Shown piece by piece: positions 9,319 through 19,518 of a stretch of DNA of 64,000 bases. Numbering within the stretch: the first letter of the stretch is position 1; each line of letters opens with the position of its first letter. The DNA lies in the NCBI RefSeq assembly GCF_001435585.1, contig NZ_AZEC01000007.1, forward strand, positions 4,122 to 68,121, read 5' to 3'. This DNA comes from Schleiferilactobacillus perolens DSM 12744 (GTDB taxonomy: Bacteria; Bacillota; Bacilli; Lactobacillales; Lactobacillaceae). The translations under genes were made by a program, and so were the position numbers. The notes under the pieces are model-generated. The model ran no database searches and was not told the DNA's origin. It saw only the letters and a program-made list of their open reading frames with translations.

Positions 9319-10356
9319 ATGAAGAAATCATTCGTCTTTCTGTGTAGTGTGGCACTGCTTACTGTCGGTGTGACAACAGCAAGTGCTGTGCCGGTGCATG
9401 CGGCCGGCAACGATACGGAAATTACCGATACCACGGATTCATTAGCTGTTTTAAACAAGACTGGCTACATTTACTTCCGTCACGGGGAGGGGGTCCTCAG
9501 CGCATACAAGGATCCAGAACTGAAGATCTTTGGTTCGGAAGTGATTCATTTTGCCCAACGTTACATGACCAACCAAGCCGTCGCCGCCTACGATCAAATT
9601 GCCACGAATACCAAAACAAATCAGGTGGTGGCTTACCACATTCCTGATGGCTGGGTGGGGCTCGATTCCTGGACTGCTGAAGACCTCAACCAATATGCCG
9701 CAGAAAATGATTTTGGCGTGCTCACAATGGGCAAACAGGCACAGCAATTATATACCGATTCCAAATTATTGACGCCTGCCAACCGGACATTAGCCCCCGG
9801 TACCGCATGGCGGTATGGTGCGAAAGAGACCATTACGTACAAATATTCCGGCAAGGCGGCTGATTATGCCTATCAAGTGGGTACTAATCTCTGGCTGCCG
9901 GCGAGTGTTGTGGTGTCCAAACAGAGCTATCGTTATGGTTACAGCTACTGGACTCACGACATCTTGCAAGTGAGTAATCCGGCCGGGGCCAAGGTTTATG
10001 CCCAAGGTGACTGGTATAATCCAACCTCTAAAACACTACCGTACAATTCAAGATGGCAGTTTGGCCAGGTAGTCATGAGTATTGACGGTGATGTGCTGGG
10101 CTTCCAAGTTGGTGGAAATCAATTTGTGAAAGCAGCGGACGTTACGGTCTCCGATAGACCGGGCATCTTTACGATCACCAGGGCGAACGGTGCAGCAACG
10201 ATGCGCAGGGACACCGTACCGACCGGCAAAAAGTTGGCCAAGGGTTCTCGCTGGCGCACGACTGGCAGACTTTATCTTCCTGGTGGTTTCTACTATCGGG
10301 TGGCCACGAACGTGTATGTGTCACCCGGTGATGGTAAATGGGTAGCCGCTAAGTAA
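9319..10356 (+). CDS. Secreted protein with an N-terminal unknown domain plus 3 SH3b/GW repeats
   Basis: Signal peptide MKKSFVFLCSVALLTVGVTTASAVPVHAA. Repeat motifs NRTLAPGTAWRY…YQVGTNLWL and further copies. Confidence 0.8.
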   Translation: MKKSFVFLCSVALLTVGVTTASAVPVHAAGNDTEITDTTDSLAVLNKTGYIYFRHGEGVLSAYKDPELKIFGSEVIHFAQRYMTNQAVAAYDQIATNTKTNQVVAYHIPDGWVGLDSWTAEDLNQYAAENDFGVLTMGKQAQQLYTDSKLLTPANRTLAPGTAWRYGAKETITYKYSGKAADYAYQVGTNLWLPASVVVSKQSYRYGYSYWTHDILQVSNPAGAKVYAQGDWYNPTSKTLPYNSRWQFGQVVMSIDGDVLGFQVGGNQFVKAADVTVSDRPGIFTITRANGAATMRRDTVPTGKKLAKGSRWRTTGRLYLPGGFYYRVATNVYVSPGDGKWVAAK

Positions 10357-10373
10357 TTTGATGTGAGCGCATT

Positions 10374-10406
10374 GGCTCCAGTGTTTACCCACTGGGGCTT
10401 TTTTTG
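10374..10406 (+). terminator. Terminator after the paralog array
   Basis: GGCTCCAGTG…CACTGGGGC followed by TTTTTTT. Confidence 0.7.
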
Positions 10407-10445
10407 CATGCACCATGCTAAAATGAAAGAAAAACAGAAAGCAGG

Positions 10446-11609
10446 TTGATTATGGCCTTTTTCGGATCAAAAAAAGTGTCACCGACAAGTGATTTAGATA
10501 CCAGTCCCCGCCCCCGGGTGGCCAGTGCCTTGGCCCCGTTTCAGCAACAATTAGTGCAACTCACCCGGCCGGGTGAAACCGCCAGCCTGGCGATTATCAC
10601 CGACACCCACTACAAGGCGGGATTTGATCCGACATTTTACGGCATCAACGGACTCCAACACACCAAGGAATTCGTCGCCGATGTGGCCAGTCAGCCTGGT
10701 GTGGATGCCTATGCCCACCTGGGAGACCTCATTGACGGTAGTGAACCAGCACCAGTGTCGATCGCCCATTTACAGGATTGCGTGGCGGCCTTTCAGCAAC
10801 CACTGAATAAGCCCTTTTATATCGCTAAAGGCAACCACGATGATAATGACAAATTTGATGAACATCAGACCGTGCGCCGTGCGAGTTTCACCGCAAACAC
10901 CTTCAATGATATTGTGTTGGCGGCAGATTACAAGCAGCCAGCTTTGCAGCGGTTTAGCCAGAAATACGGCGTGGCCTGGCTGGATGTGGGTCCGGTGCGC
11001 TTCTTATTCATCAATACCAGTGATGTGCCTTACGAGTTGAATCGGTTTGGCATCAAGAAATACGATGTGAAATTAAACTTGGCCGTGCGCACGGGCCAAG
11101 TGGCCGAAATCGCTCAGATTTTGCAAATGTCTGATAATAAATCAATCATCGTCTGTGGTCACGGCAATCTGTTGAAGGCCAACCACAAGGATGGACTCCA
11201 CTATAATGGCCGGACTCTGCATGAACTGTTTCGTGCGTTTAACCTGCATGCCCGCGGACAAGTCAACAACCATGCCAAAAAAGCGGATTTTCAAATCGAT
11301 ATGCCCTTTGATTTCACCCATATCCGCAACGCCCGCATTACCGCCTATGTCTGCGGCCACCGGCACATTGAACAGACTTTTCTAGACCATGATATTCGCT
11401 ATCTCCTGCTGAATTGTTCGGCCTTGATGGGTAAGGGCCATCAGTTGACCACCGGCTACAACGCCCGCTGGGACCGCCGATACGGTGAAACCACTGAATA
11501 TGCGGGGTATACGCTGGTGGCCGATCCCGCCCAGGGACGGCTAGCCGTTCTGGGCTATGGGGCGGCGACACCCTTACGTGAATTCAGCATGTGGTTTCCA
11601 AAGAAGTAG
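10446..11609 (+). CDS. Calcineurin-like metallophosphoesterase
   Basis: Motifs ITDTHY, GDLIDG, GNHDD, CGHGN, CGHRH. No signal peptide. Confidence 0.75.
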   Translation: MIMAFFGSKKVSPTSDLDTSPRPRVASALAPFQQQLVQLTRPGETASLAIITDTHYKAGFDPTFYGINGLQHTKEFVADVASQPGVDAYAHLGDLIDGSEPAPVSIAHLQDCVAAFQQPLNKPFYIAKGNHDDNDKFDEHQTVRRASFTANTFNDIVLAADYKQPALQRFSQKYGVAWLDVGPVRFLFINTSDVPYELNRFGIKKYDVKLNLAVRTGQVAEIAQILQMSDNKSIIVCGHGNLLKANHKDGLHYNGRTLHELFRAFNLHARGQVNNHAKKADFQIDMPFDFTHIRNARITAYVCGHRHIEQTFLDHDIRYLLLNCSALMGKGHQLTTGYNARWDRRYGETTEYAGYTLVADPAQGRLAVLGYGAATPLREFSMWFPKK

Positions 11610-11680
11610 TGCTTTCGGGTCAGGTACATGATTGTGGTAAAATGTAGCCATTATTGTGCAGTAAGGAAAAGAGGAAGACT

Positions 11681-12103
11681 ATGACGACCGTGATTACGTA
11701 CGGCACATTTGATTTGTTACATTGGGGCCATATCCGTTTGCTAGAGCGCGCTGCAGCGTTAGGCGATAAGCTGATCGTGGCTTTATCCACCGACGAGTTC
11801 AATGCGCAAAAGCATAAGGAAGCTTATCACAGCTACGAACATCGCAAATATATATTGGAAGCCATTCGTTACGTGGATCAAGTAATTCCTGAGAAAGATT
11901 GGGATCAAAAGATTGGTGACGTCAAACGCTTCGGCGTCGATATTTTTGTCATGGGGGACGATTGGAAAGGGCAGTTCGACTTTCTTAAACCATATTGTAA
12001 GGTCATCTATTTGCCCCGGACCCAGGGTATTTCAACCACCAAGATCAAGACCGATTTGATTGATGATGGTCAAGAGTATTTACCCAAGGATGACCAGGCG
12101 TAA
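11681..12103 (+). CDS. tagD: Glycerol-3-phosphate cytidylyltransferase
   Basis: ITYGTFDLLHWGHIRLLERA (HxGH) plus the RYVDQVIPE motif. RBS AAGAGGAAG. Confidence 0.9.
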   Translation: MTTVITYGTFDLLHWGHIRLLERAAALGDKLIVALSTDEFNAQKHKEAYHSYEHRKYILEAIRYVDQVIPEKDWDQKIGDVKRFGVDIFVMGDDWKGQFDFLKPYCKVIYLPRTQGISTTKIKTDLIDDGQEYLPKDDQA

Positions 12104-12221
12104 TTGCCTACAGGGCGGCAGAGCGCTTTTGATTGACAGAAACCGTGCCGTATTTATAATTTACAAGTAAACTAAAATTGTTTTTTGGGCAGCTTAAGAA
12201 TATATTAAGGAGTTTTGCCAA

Positions 12222-14141
12222 ATGTGCGGAATCGTCGGCTTTGTCGATAAAACCATCCTCGATAAGAAACCAGTTATCGAGGACATGATGGAAATGATTA
12301 AACACCGGGGCCCAAACTCCTCGGGGGAATATATCAATGATCAAATGGCATTAGGCTTTCGCCGGTTGAGCATCATTGATTTAAAGGGCGGCACGCAGCC
12401 GATCTATAACGAAGACCGCAGCCGGGTCATCATCTTTAACGGGGAAATCTATAACTTCGCCAGCATCCGTAAAGACTTGGTGGCGGCCGGACACATCTTT
12501 ACCACTCACTCTGATACCGAGGTCTTACTCCATGGGTATGAGGAATACGGGATGGAGGGCCTGTTGAAGAAGATTCGGGGCATGTTTGCGTTCCTGATTT
12601 GGGACGATAACATCAAGACGCTCTTTGGCGCCCGGGACTTCTTCGGAATCAAGCCAATGTACTACTACAAAGACGGAGATACCTTCATGGTGGGGTCAGA
12701 AATCAAGGCCTTCTTGAAGAATCCGCATTTTAAGAAAGAATTAAACAAGGAAGCGTTGAAGCCTTACCTGACGTTCCAGTATTCCGGATTGGATGAAACA
12801 TTCTTCAAGAATGTCTATCGCATTCCCGAAGGCCATTACTTCACGTACCATGATGGCGAGTTGAACATCAAGAAGTATTGGGATATGGAATTCAAGGCCA
12901 ATAGTCTCAGTCTGAATGAGACCATTGATGCTATTGACAAGTCTGTGCAAGAATCTGTGGAAGCCCATCGTATTTCTGATGTGCCGGTTGGCTCGCTGCT
13001 TTCCAGTGGGGTTGATTCCAGCTACATCACCAGCATTCTGCGGCCGGAACACACCTATTCCATTGGCTTCGATGACAAGAAGTATCATGAAGGTACGGCG
13101 GCCAAAGAATTGGCAGACAAGTTGGGCTTGGATAACACGTCTGATGTGGTCACCGCGGAAGAGGCCTTCGCCAACTTCCCGTTGATTCAATATCATTTGG
13201 ATGAACCGGATGGCAACCCGTCCTGTGTACCGCTTTACTTCTTGACTAAATTGGCATCCAAAGACGTGACTGTAATCTTGTCTGGTGAAGGTGCTGATGA
13301 GTTGTTTGCAGGTTATGCGGATTATGGGTTCCACTCTAAGTCCCACGTCATCCGAGCCTTCTCCGATGGCCTGCGGCACTTACCCAAGGGTGTGAAGACC
13401 AAGTTAGCCCACGGGTTACGCAAGATGCCCAACTTCCACGGTCGTTTGCAAATGTACACGGCGACGGCACCCGCAGAAGAATTCTTCATTGGCCAAGCCA
13501 AAATTTTCGATGAAAGTGAATCGGACAAGTTATTACAACCGGCTTTCCGGCAAAGCGAACCTGTTCATGATGTCGTCATGGACAAATACAAACGGGTCCG
13601 GTCGTACCAGGACGACGTGAAGAAGATGCAGTATTTGGATTTGCATCAATTCATGGCTGGGGATATTCTGCTCAAGGCCGATAAGCTGAGCATGGCCAAT
13701 TCTATGGAATTACGGGTCCCGTTCTTGGATAAAGAAGTGGCCAAGGTGGCGGCCGGTATTCCGACAAAGTATCTGCTTAACAGCAAAGACTCCAAATATG
13801 CAATGCGCGAAGCGGCTAACCGTCACTTGCCTAATGAATGGGCTTCTCGGCCCAAGCTGGGGTTCCCGGTACCAGTATCCGCTTGGCTGCGTGATGAGAA
13901 GTTCTACAAGCAGGTCCGTGACTTGTTTGCCCAGGACTGGGCGAAGGAATTCTTTGATCAGGACGCTATTCTGAAGTTGATTGACGATAACTATGCCGGC
14001 AAGATTGATGGCCGCCGCAAGGTCTGGGTCATCTACACCTTCCTAGTATGGTACAAAGTTTTCTTCATCGACGACACGGTACCGCAGTTCGTCCCTGATC
14101 CAGCAAAAAAAGCAGCGCAGCAAGAAGTGCCAGTTGCTTAA
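12222..14141 (+). CDS. asnB: Asparagine synthase (glutamine-hydrolysing), AsnB/AsnH family
   Basis: MCGIVGF Cys2 nucleophile and the SGGVDSS PP-loop. 639 aa. Confidence 0.85.
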   Translation: MCGIVGFVDKTILDKKPVIEDMMEMIKHRGPNSSGEYINDQMALGFRRLSIIDLKGGTQPIYNEDRSRVIIFNGEIYNFASIRKDLVAAGHIFTTHSDTEVLLHGYEEYGMEGLLKKIRGMFAFLIWDDNIKTLFGARDFFGIKPMYYYKDGDTFMVGSEIKAFLKNPHFKKELNKEALKPYLTFQYSGLDETFFKNVYRIPEGHYFTYHDGELNIKKYWDMEFKANSLSLNETIDAIDKSVQESVEAHRISDVPVGSLLSSGVDSSYITSILRPEHTYSIGFDDKKYHEGTAAKELADKLGLDNTSDVVTAEEAFANFPLIQYHLDEPDGNPSCVPLYFLTKLASKDVTVILSGEGADELFAGYADYGFHSKSHVIRAFSDGLRHLPKGVKTKLAHGLRKMPNFHGRLQMYTATAPAEEFFIGQAKIFDESESDKLLQPAFRQSEPVHDVVMDKYKRVRSYQDDVKKMQYLDLHQFMAGDILLKADKLSMANSMELRVPFLDKEVAKVAAGIPTKYLLNSKDSKYAMREAANRHLPNEWASRPKLGFPVPVSAWLRDEKFYKQVRDLFAQDWAKEFFDQDAILKLIDDNYAGKIDGRRKVWVIYTFLVWYKVFFIDDTVPQFVPDPAKKAAQQEVPVA

Positions 14142-14151
14142 TAAAAATCGT

Positions 14152-14194
14152 TACCCCGATGATCGATTATTCACGGTCATCGGGGTATTTTTTT
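14152..14194 (+). terminator. Terminator after asnB
   Basis: TACCCCGATGATCG…CGGTCATCGGGGTA followed by TTTTTTT. Confidence 0.8.
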
Positions 14195-14277
14195 GCGTAT
14201 GTGTAAATCGTTGTGAATAAATATACTTGATGATATTATGTTGGCGTAATGAAACTTGTCCTGTGGGAGGGATTTTT

Positions 14278-15918
14278 GTGCAGAAAAAAGTTTGGATAAC
14301 CGCCAGCATTGCGCTGGCGTTGGCTGGGGCGGGGGCAGTGGTCACCAGCAACCTGGCTGGGGTGTCACCGGCAGCGATCGTTTATGCTGCGGAAAACTGG
14401 TATAACCAACCCGTATACTCGGAACGTTCCAATGCTGTGATCGATACGCGCGGGGTTAAAGGTATCGAAAACAACCAATATGGGTATGGCGATTCGAATC
14501 CAGGAACGTATACTGTGACGGCAGGAACGAACATTGGTGCCAAGTGGCGGACCGCATTCTTCTTACATGCGGGCGATATTGTCAGCAACAATAATCCCAG
14601 CGGTAAGAACCAGACCTATTTTGGTAATGGTGCGCCGCAGGGAGTGACCATGGATAAAGCTGGGAATATGTACATCGCGATTTCTCGGCGCAACAGCAAT
14701 TGGGCCACCAGCGGTTATTTGTATCAAGGGTATATTATGCGGCTTGATCCGTTTGCCATCGATACACTGATCAAGAACCCGAAATTACTGCGGACCAACC
14801 CCCAATCACTGATTAAGGCTAACCACGTGCGTTTCTCCGATGTGGACGGCGCATTTGCCAGCGGCAGTTTGGCCTATGACCCAGCGACGGACACAGTCAA
14901 ATTCTTCGTCGCATACAGCCGGACAGATTCTGCCTTCATGGCGACCCACCCGATTCAGTTGGCCACGGTTAATGCCCAATCCTTACAGCGCACGGGGACA
15001 GTGAAGTTCGATCTGTACGATTCCGTCTTGAAGCGATATGAGGCGCAACCTAACACCCTGGCGTTTGATAATAACGGCAACTTTTACTCAGTGGGGGCCG
15101 CTTCTTTGAATACATCCAATGGCTCAGCGTACATCACATTGCGCGGGGTTCCGACTGGTGGCGGCCACTATTCTGTCAGTCAACTCGGAATGTCTATCAA
15201 ACCAATTCTGGCCAACCAATTGCAGGGCATTTCAATTGATAATGATCGACTGTATATCAATTCGAATGCCGCTTATCTCAGTATTGATCTGAATAATTTT
15301 GCTAAAAACGCGAATAATCCGAGTATGGCGGCCAGTGCCAATAACTGGATGAATGTCGAAGTAAATCGGATTTCAGCAAATCGTGAAGCAGAAAATGTCG
15401 TGGCCCATGATGGTGTCAAATACATGATGCTGACTTCGCCCAGTGAAGTATTGATGAATGGCGATCGTACTGGTGGCGGTTCAACGACGCCGGTACAGCC
15501 AGCGAAGAAGACCCTGTATATTAGCGCACCAGGCGGCGTTAACGCCTTTGTTCAGCCTGGCAGCGGGGCCACTAGCCGCCATTTCGCCTTTGGGTCGCAT
15601 TGGATTTATACCGATGTAAAGACAGTCAATGGGGCAACGTATTACCAAATTGACACCAACTTGTGGATTAAGGATGTCGATATGAGCTTCACTAAGCCCG
15701 GCGCTGTGGTCCGGAACGGGATTGTACAAGCTTATGCGGCCAACAATGGCGGCATTGCCCTTTGGAGCGATTATCAGAGTCCGCGCCGACCGAGTAAGAT
15801 CATTAAGAGCGGTTCAAAGTGGAAATATAGCATGACGGCTCAATATGACGGTACGACTTGGTATAAAGTGGGTACCAACGCATGGCTGGATGGAAACGGG
15901 GCACGCGTGATTAAATAG
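14278..15918 (+). CDS. Secreted or membrane-anchored protein: unknown 400-aa domain plus 2 C-terminal SH3b/GW repeats
   Basis: GTG start after GGGAGGGA. N-terminal hydrophobic helix. C-terminal motifs …GSHWIY…YYQIDTNLWI and GSKWKY…WYKVGTNAWL. Confidence 0.7.
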   Translation: MQKKVWITASIALALAGAGAVVTSNLAGVSPAAIVYAAENWYNQPVYSERSNAVIDTRGVKGIENNQYGYGDSNPGTYTVTAGTNIGAKWRTAFFLHAGDIVSNNNPSGKNQTYFGNGAPQGVTMDKAGNMYIAISRRNSNWATSGYLYQGYIMRLDPFAIDTLIKNPKLLRTNPQSLIKANHVRFSDVDGAFASGSLAYDPATDTVKFFVAYSRTDSAFMATHPIQLATVNAQSLQRTGTVKFDLYDSVLKRYEAQPNTLAFDNNGNFYSVGAASLNTSNGSAYITLRGVPTGGGHYSVSQLGMSIKPILANQLQGISIDNDRLYINSNAAYLSIDLNNFAKNANNPSMAASANNWMNVEVNRISANREAENVVAHDGVKYMMLTSPSEVLMNGDRTGGGSTTPVQPAKKTLYISAPGGVNAFVQPGSGATSRHFAFGSHWIYTDVKTVNGATYYQIDTNLWIKDVDMSFTKPGAVVRNGIVQAYAANNGGIALWSDYQSPRRPSKIIKSGSKWKYSMTAQYDGTTWYKVGTNAWLDGNGARVIK

Positions 15919-15952
15919 GCTATGCCACAATCAGAAATGGTCTCGGGATCGA

Positions 15953-17611
15953 TTGATTCTGGGACCATTTTTCAAATACGAAAATATGGCTCTCAAGGAA
16001 GAAAGACTTTTAATTTTTAGTGGTTCTGGTAAACTCAGCATAGCCAATCACGGGGGGGATTTCGATTTGGATGCAGTCGAGGAAAACACAGGTGAGGGGA
16101 TTTATCCCAAACTGCTTGGGTATTTATTTTTGACGCTTAATTTTGTGCTCACGATGCTGAGCTTATGGACATCACCCTTTTCTCACTTTCTTGCAGGTCA
16201 CGATGCATCCATGTTTCTTTATTTTGGGCAGGGGATGAACCATGGCCTCGTGCCTTATCGTGACATGTTTGATCACAAGGGAATTGTATTGTACTGGATT
16301 CAGCAGTTGGGTGTGTGTCTTAATTTCGGCCGATATGATTCTGGCATTTGGTTGATCGAATGTGTCTTTTACTTGGTCACTTTGATATTTATGTTTCGGA
16401 CGATCGTTTTTCTAACTAAGCGACCTTTGATGGCTGGTGTTTTGCTCTTCTTGGCGACGCCGTTGAGTGTAGTCACTTTTGACTTTGGTGACTATTCAGA
16501 AGAATTTGCCCTGACTTTAATTACCATCGCACTCTACTTTTTCATCCGATTGATTGTGACCAGCAAACTGAACTGGCGGCACTTGATCAGCATTGGAATT
16601 TGCGGCGGCCTTACGTTCTTCATTCGGCCCAACATGATTACGCTATGGGTTGTTTTTTGCGGCTATTTGTTGATCAAGTTATTAATTCAGAAAGAATTTG
16701 TACAGCTCGGCCGAATCGCAGGCGGCATTTTCCTTGGTGGTGCAGCCGTGTGTGTGCTGGTATTCATTTACGCTCTGGTGGTGGGTAATCTTGATCAAAT
16801 GATCTATCAAACCTTCACCGTCAATTCTGAATATGCACTGGCTACTACCTGGGCTGATCGTTATCTGGCTGCCCAAGGATTCTTTGGGTTGGCGAACAAA
16901 ACGGGCATTTCATCTGTGCTGATTATTTATGGTCTCACAACATTCTTGAATTTAGATCGATTACGAGACAGCCGGTGGCAATTACGTTTAGTTATCGTCA
17001 TCTTCGCGGCAGTTAATTTTTTGACCGTTATTCTTTCGGGACGTTATTATGCCCATTATTTCATCACCATGATTCCCAGTGTGGTCCTGATGGCAGCACT
17101 GAGCGTCGATGACATTTTGCGCATGGCCTTACCGCATGCACGGGTTAAATATGCCATTATCGGGCTATTAATGGTGCCTGCATTATTCGGGATCAGAGAC
17201 GTTGGACACACCAACATGCAGGTTTCTGTGACTACGCCTAACTATCGGCAAACCGGTATTGATGTCCAAGAGGCCCGCTATATCAAAGCCCGCACTCGGC
17301 CTGAAGACCCCATCTATATTCATCGCATCAATGCCAACATCTATTTGCTCTCAGACCGATTCGCCAACTCCCGCTTCTTTACGCTCCCATCTTTGGATTA
17401 CACCTATTTTCCAAAGTTAACCGCGGAGTTCAAGCAAAAATTGACCAATAACCGCCCTAAGTTCATCGCCATCCAACGGATACTCTATACGGCCTCGAAT
17501 CTGAATGACGCTCACCTAGACAAAATGACGGTCACCTTCATTCAGCAGCACTATACGCCAGTCAAAAAATTTCAAAACACCGATATTTTACTTTTCCAAC
17601 TCAATAAGTAA
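15953..17611 (+). CDS. Polytopic membrane protein, putative GT-C-fold glycosyltransferase (YfhO/ArnT/PMT-like). Start codon uncertain.
   Basis: At least 10 predicted TM helices and a soluble C-terminal domain. Lies inside the glycopolymer locus. Confidence 0.6.
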   Translation: MILGPFFKYENMALKEERLLIFSGSGKLSIANHGGDFDLDAVEENTGEGIYPKLLGYLFLTLNFVLTMLSLWTSPFSHFLAGHDASMFLYFGQGMNHGLVPYRDMFDHKGIVLYWIQQLGVCLNFGRYDSGIWLIECVFYLVTLIFMFRTIVFLTKRPLMAGVLLFLATPLSVVTFDFGDYSEEFALTLITIALYFFIRLIVTSKLNWRHLISIGICGGLTFFIRPNMITLWVVFCGYLLIKLLIQKEFVQLGRIAGGIFLGGAAVCVLVFIYALVVGNLDQMIYQTFTVNSEYALATTWADRYLAAQGFFGLANKTGISSVLIIYGLTTFLNLDRLRDSRWQLRLVIVIFAAVNFLTVILSGRYYAHYFITMIPSVVLMAALSVDDILRMALPHARVKYAIIGLLMVPALFGIRDVGHTNMQVSVTTPNYRQTGIDVQEARYIKARTRPEDPIYIHRINANIYLLSDRFANSRFFTLPSLDYTYFPKLTAEFKQKLTNNRPKFIAIQRILYTASNLNDAHLDKMTVTFIQQHYTPVKKFQNTDILLFQLNK

Positions 17612-17760
17612 CCACGCACAACACGGGGATTGTATTTACCCTGTGTTTTTTTTCGCCGGAACAGTCAAGGAAAACTTAAGATTTACCTCCGTTACCGGAC
17701 CAAATGCCAGATTTGCTATAATAAGACAGATTAGAGCATGCAGAAAGGAACTTTTCCCTC

Positions 17761-18735
17761 ATGGTGCAAATAAGTGTCATCATGGCCGCCTACAATGAAA
17801 CGGCCGCCCAAGTGGACGCAGCGATCCAGTCCATCCTCGGCCAAACATTCACCGACCTTGAACTGATCATTGTCTCGGACAATCCCCAAAACGAACGATT
17901 AAATACCCAGCTCACAAACTGGCAGAAAAAAGATGCCCGCATTCGACTGCTGCCTAACCAGCGTAACGCTGGGCTGGCATTTAGTTTGAACCGGGCGATT
18001 CGACATGCCCAGGCACCCTGGTTGGCGCGCATGGACGCCGATGATATCTCCCGCCCCAACCGGTTGGCAGAACAAATGCGGATCATTAACGCACGTCGGC
18101 TCGATGTCCTATCGACCAACGCCGACTTTATTGATGAAACCGGGCAGGTGGTCGGTCAACACGATTGGATTCCAGAAAAAGCGGAAGATCTCGCTCAATT
18201 GTTGCCTTTTGGGTCCAATTTAATTCATCCGTCTGTTTTAATGCGGACGGCGACCATTCGCAGTGTCGGCAGTTACCGGTTGCTGCCCACAGCGGAGGAC
18301 TATGATTTGTGGTTGCGGCTGCTGAAAGCAGATTTTCGCATTGGCGCCACCAATCAGCGTTTGTTCCAGTACCGGTTACGGCACAATTCCATGACGCAGG
18401 GCGATCGTTACTTGGTGTTCCTGGTCACAGACTATTTACAGCATGCATTCCGCGAAGACGAATACCCTGAAGAGGAGCTCGAACTGCAACGGCTCAACGA
18501 TTTATTGACCAGTAAGCGGGCTAATGATCCCATCGTCAAACAACAGTTTTCAGCAGCGGTATTGAATCTCAGTCAAGGGAAGCAAGCCTTGAAGCAAAAG
18601 AATATTTTTCGTGCGATGAAGTTAGTTTTACCGGCTTTAAAACAGCGTGATGTGCGTCAATATGCATTGACCTCACGACGGTTTAGTAAGGCGTATCAAC
18701 AGATTCAGCAAAGGGAGCAGCAAGATGGCGAGTGA
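17761..18735 (+). CDS. Family-2 glycosyltransferase (GT-A)
   Basis: ISVIMAAYNE…LELIIVSDN…DADD motifs. Confidence 0.85.
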   Translation: MVQISVIMAAYNETAAQVDAAIQSILGQTFTDLELIIVSDNPQNERLNTQLTNWQKKDARIRLLPNQRNAGLAFSLNRAIRHAQAPWLARMDADDISRPNRLAEQMRIINARRLDVLSTNADFIDETGQVVGQHDWIPEKAEDLAQLLPFGSNLIHPSVLMRTATIRSVGSYRLLPTAEDYDLWLRLLKADFRIGATNQRLFQYRLRHNSMTQGDRYLVFLVTDYLQHAFREDEYPEEELELQRLNDLLTSKRANDPIVKQQFSAAVLNLSQGKQALKQKNIFRAMKLVLPALKQRDVRQYALTSRRFSKAYQQIQQREQQDGE

Positions 18736-19507
18736 AACTCAGAAAAAATTGATTATTATGTTGCATGAACTGCGCGGGGTATTGTTGTCCGCTAAAGTAC
18801 CGTTCTTCTTAATCGGCGGTTCAGCAATTGGAGCAGTGCGTGAACATGACATTATTCCCTGGGATGACGATGTGGATGTCGGGATCAAACGGGATCACAT
18901 TCCCCAGTTTTTGACTGCCGTTCAGCACTCAGATCTGATGAAGCGCTACAAGTTGATTATTCCCGGACAAACGCCTAATTATTATTTTCCCACATACAAA
19001 CTGTTATGGGATTTAAGCGGAACCGATGCACCAAAGGATGCAGGCACTGGCTTTCAAGGTGTCTTTATTGATGTCTTTGCCCTTGATAAGACATACACCA
19101 GCAAACCGCGGCGGCGGCTGCACCAATTACAGATTCGTCTGGATCAAATTCGGTTGGATATCGCCATGGGCCATCCAGAATCTGGTACCAAGCTTGGTCC
19201 GCTTCATAAGATCCTTGTGCGACAGGCGGCTAAGCACAGCAAATCTCAGTTATTGACCCATTATTTACGAGACATTCAAAAGCATCAAGGACTGACGAAG
19301 GGCTACATGTATTACAATTTTGGCAGCCCCTATGCCTGGGACCGGGAAACATATCATGTGGATGAGGTGGCCAGCGCGGTAATGCGCTCATTTGCCGGAG
19401 AGCAGTATCCGATCGCCGTCGGTTACGATACGATTTTGACACGGATGTATGGCGATTATATGCAGCCGCCTGCCCAGTCAAAACGTCAGCCCAAACATCT
19501 CAGTTAA
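18725..19507 (+). CDS. licD: LicD-family phosphotransferase (CDP-alcohol / choline-phosphate transferase type)
   Basis: LFLIGGSAIGAVREHDIIPWDDDVDVG motif. Overlaps the upstream GT2 gene by 11 nt. Confidence 0.8.
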   Translation: MASETQKKLIIMLHELRGVLLSAKVPFFLIGGSAIGAVREHDIIPWDDDVDVGIKRDHIPQFLTAVQHSDLMKRYKLIIPGQTPNYYFPTYKLLWDLSGTDAPKDAGTGFQGVFIDVFALDKTYTSKPRRRLHQLQIRLDQIRLDIAMGHPESGTKLGPLHKILVRQAAKHSKSQLLTHYLRDIQKHQGLTKGYMYYNFGSPYAWDRETYHVDEVASAVMRSFAGEQYPIAVGYDTILTRMYGDYMQPPAQSKRQPKHLS

Positions 19508-19518
19508 GGAGTCCAATC

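Noticed and set aside
12741-13379. 212-aa minus-strand ORF
   Set aside because: Antisense within asnB, which has clear AsnB motifs in the plus frame.
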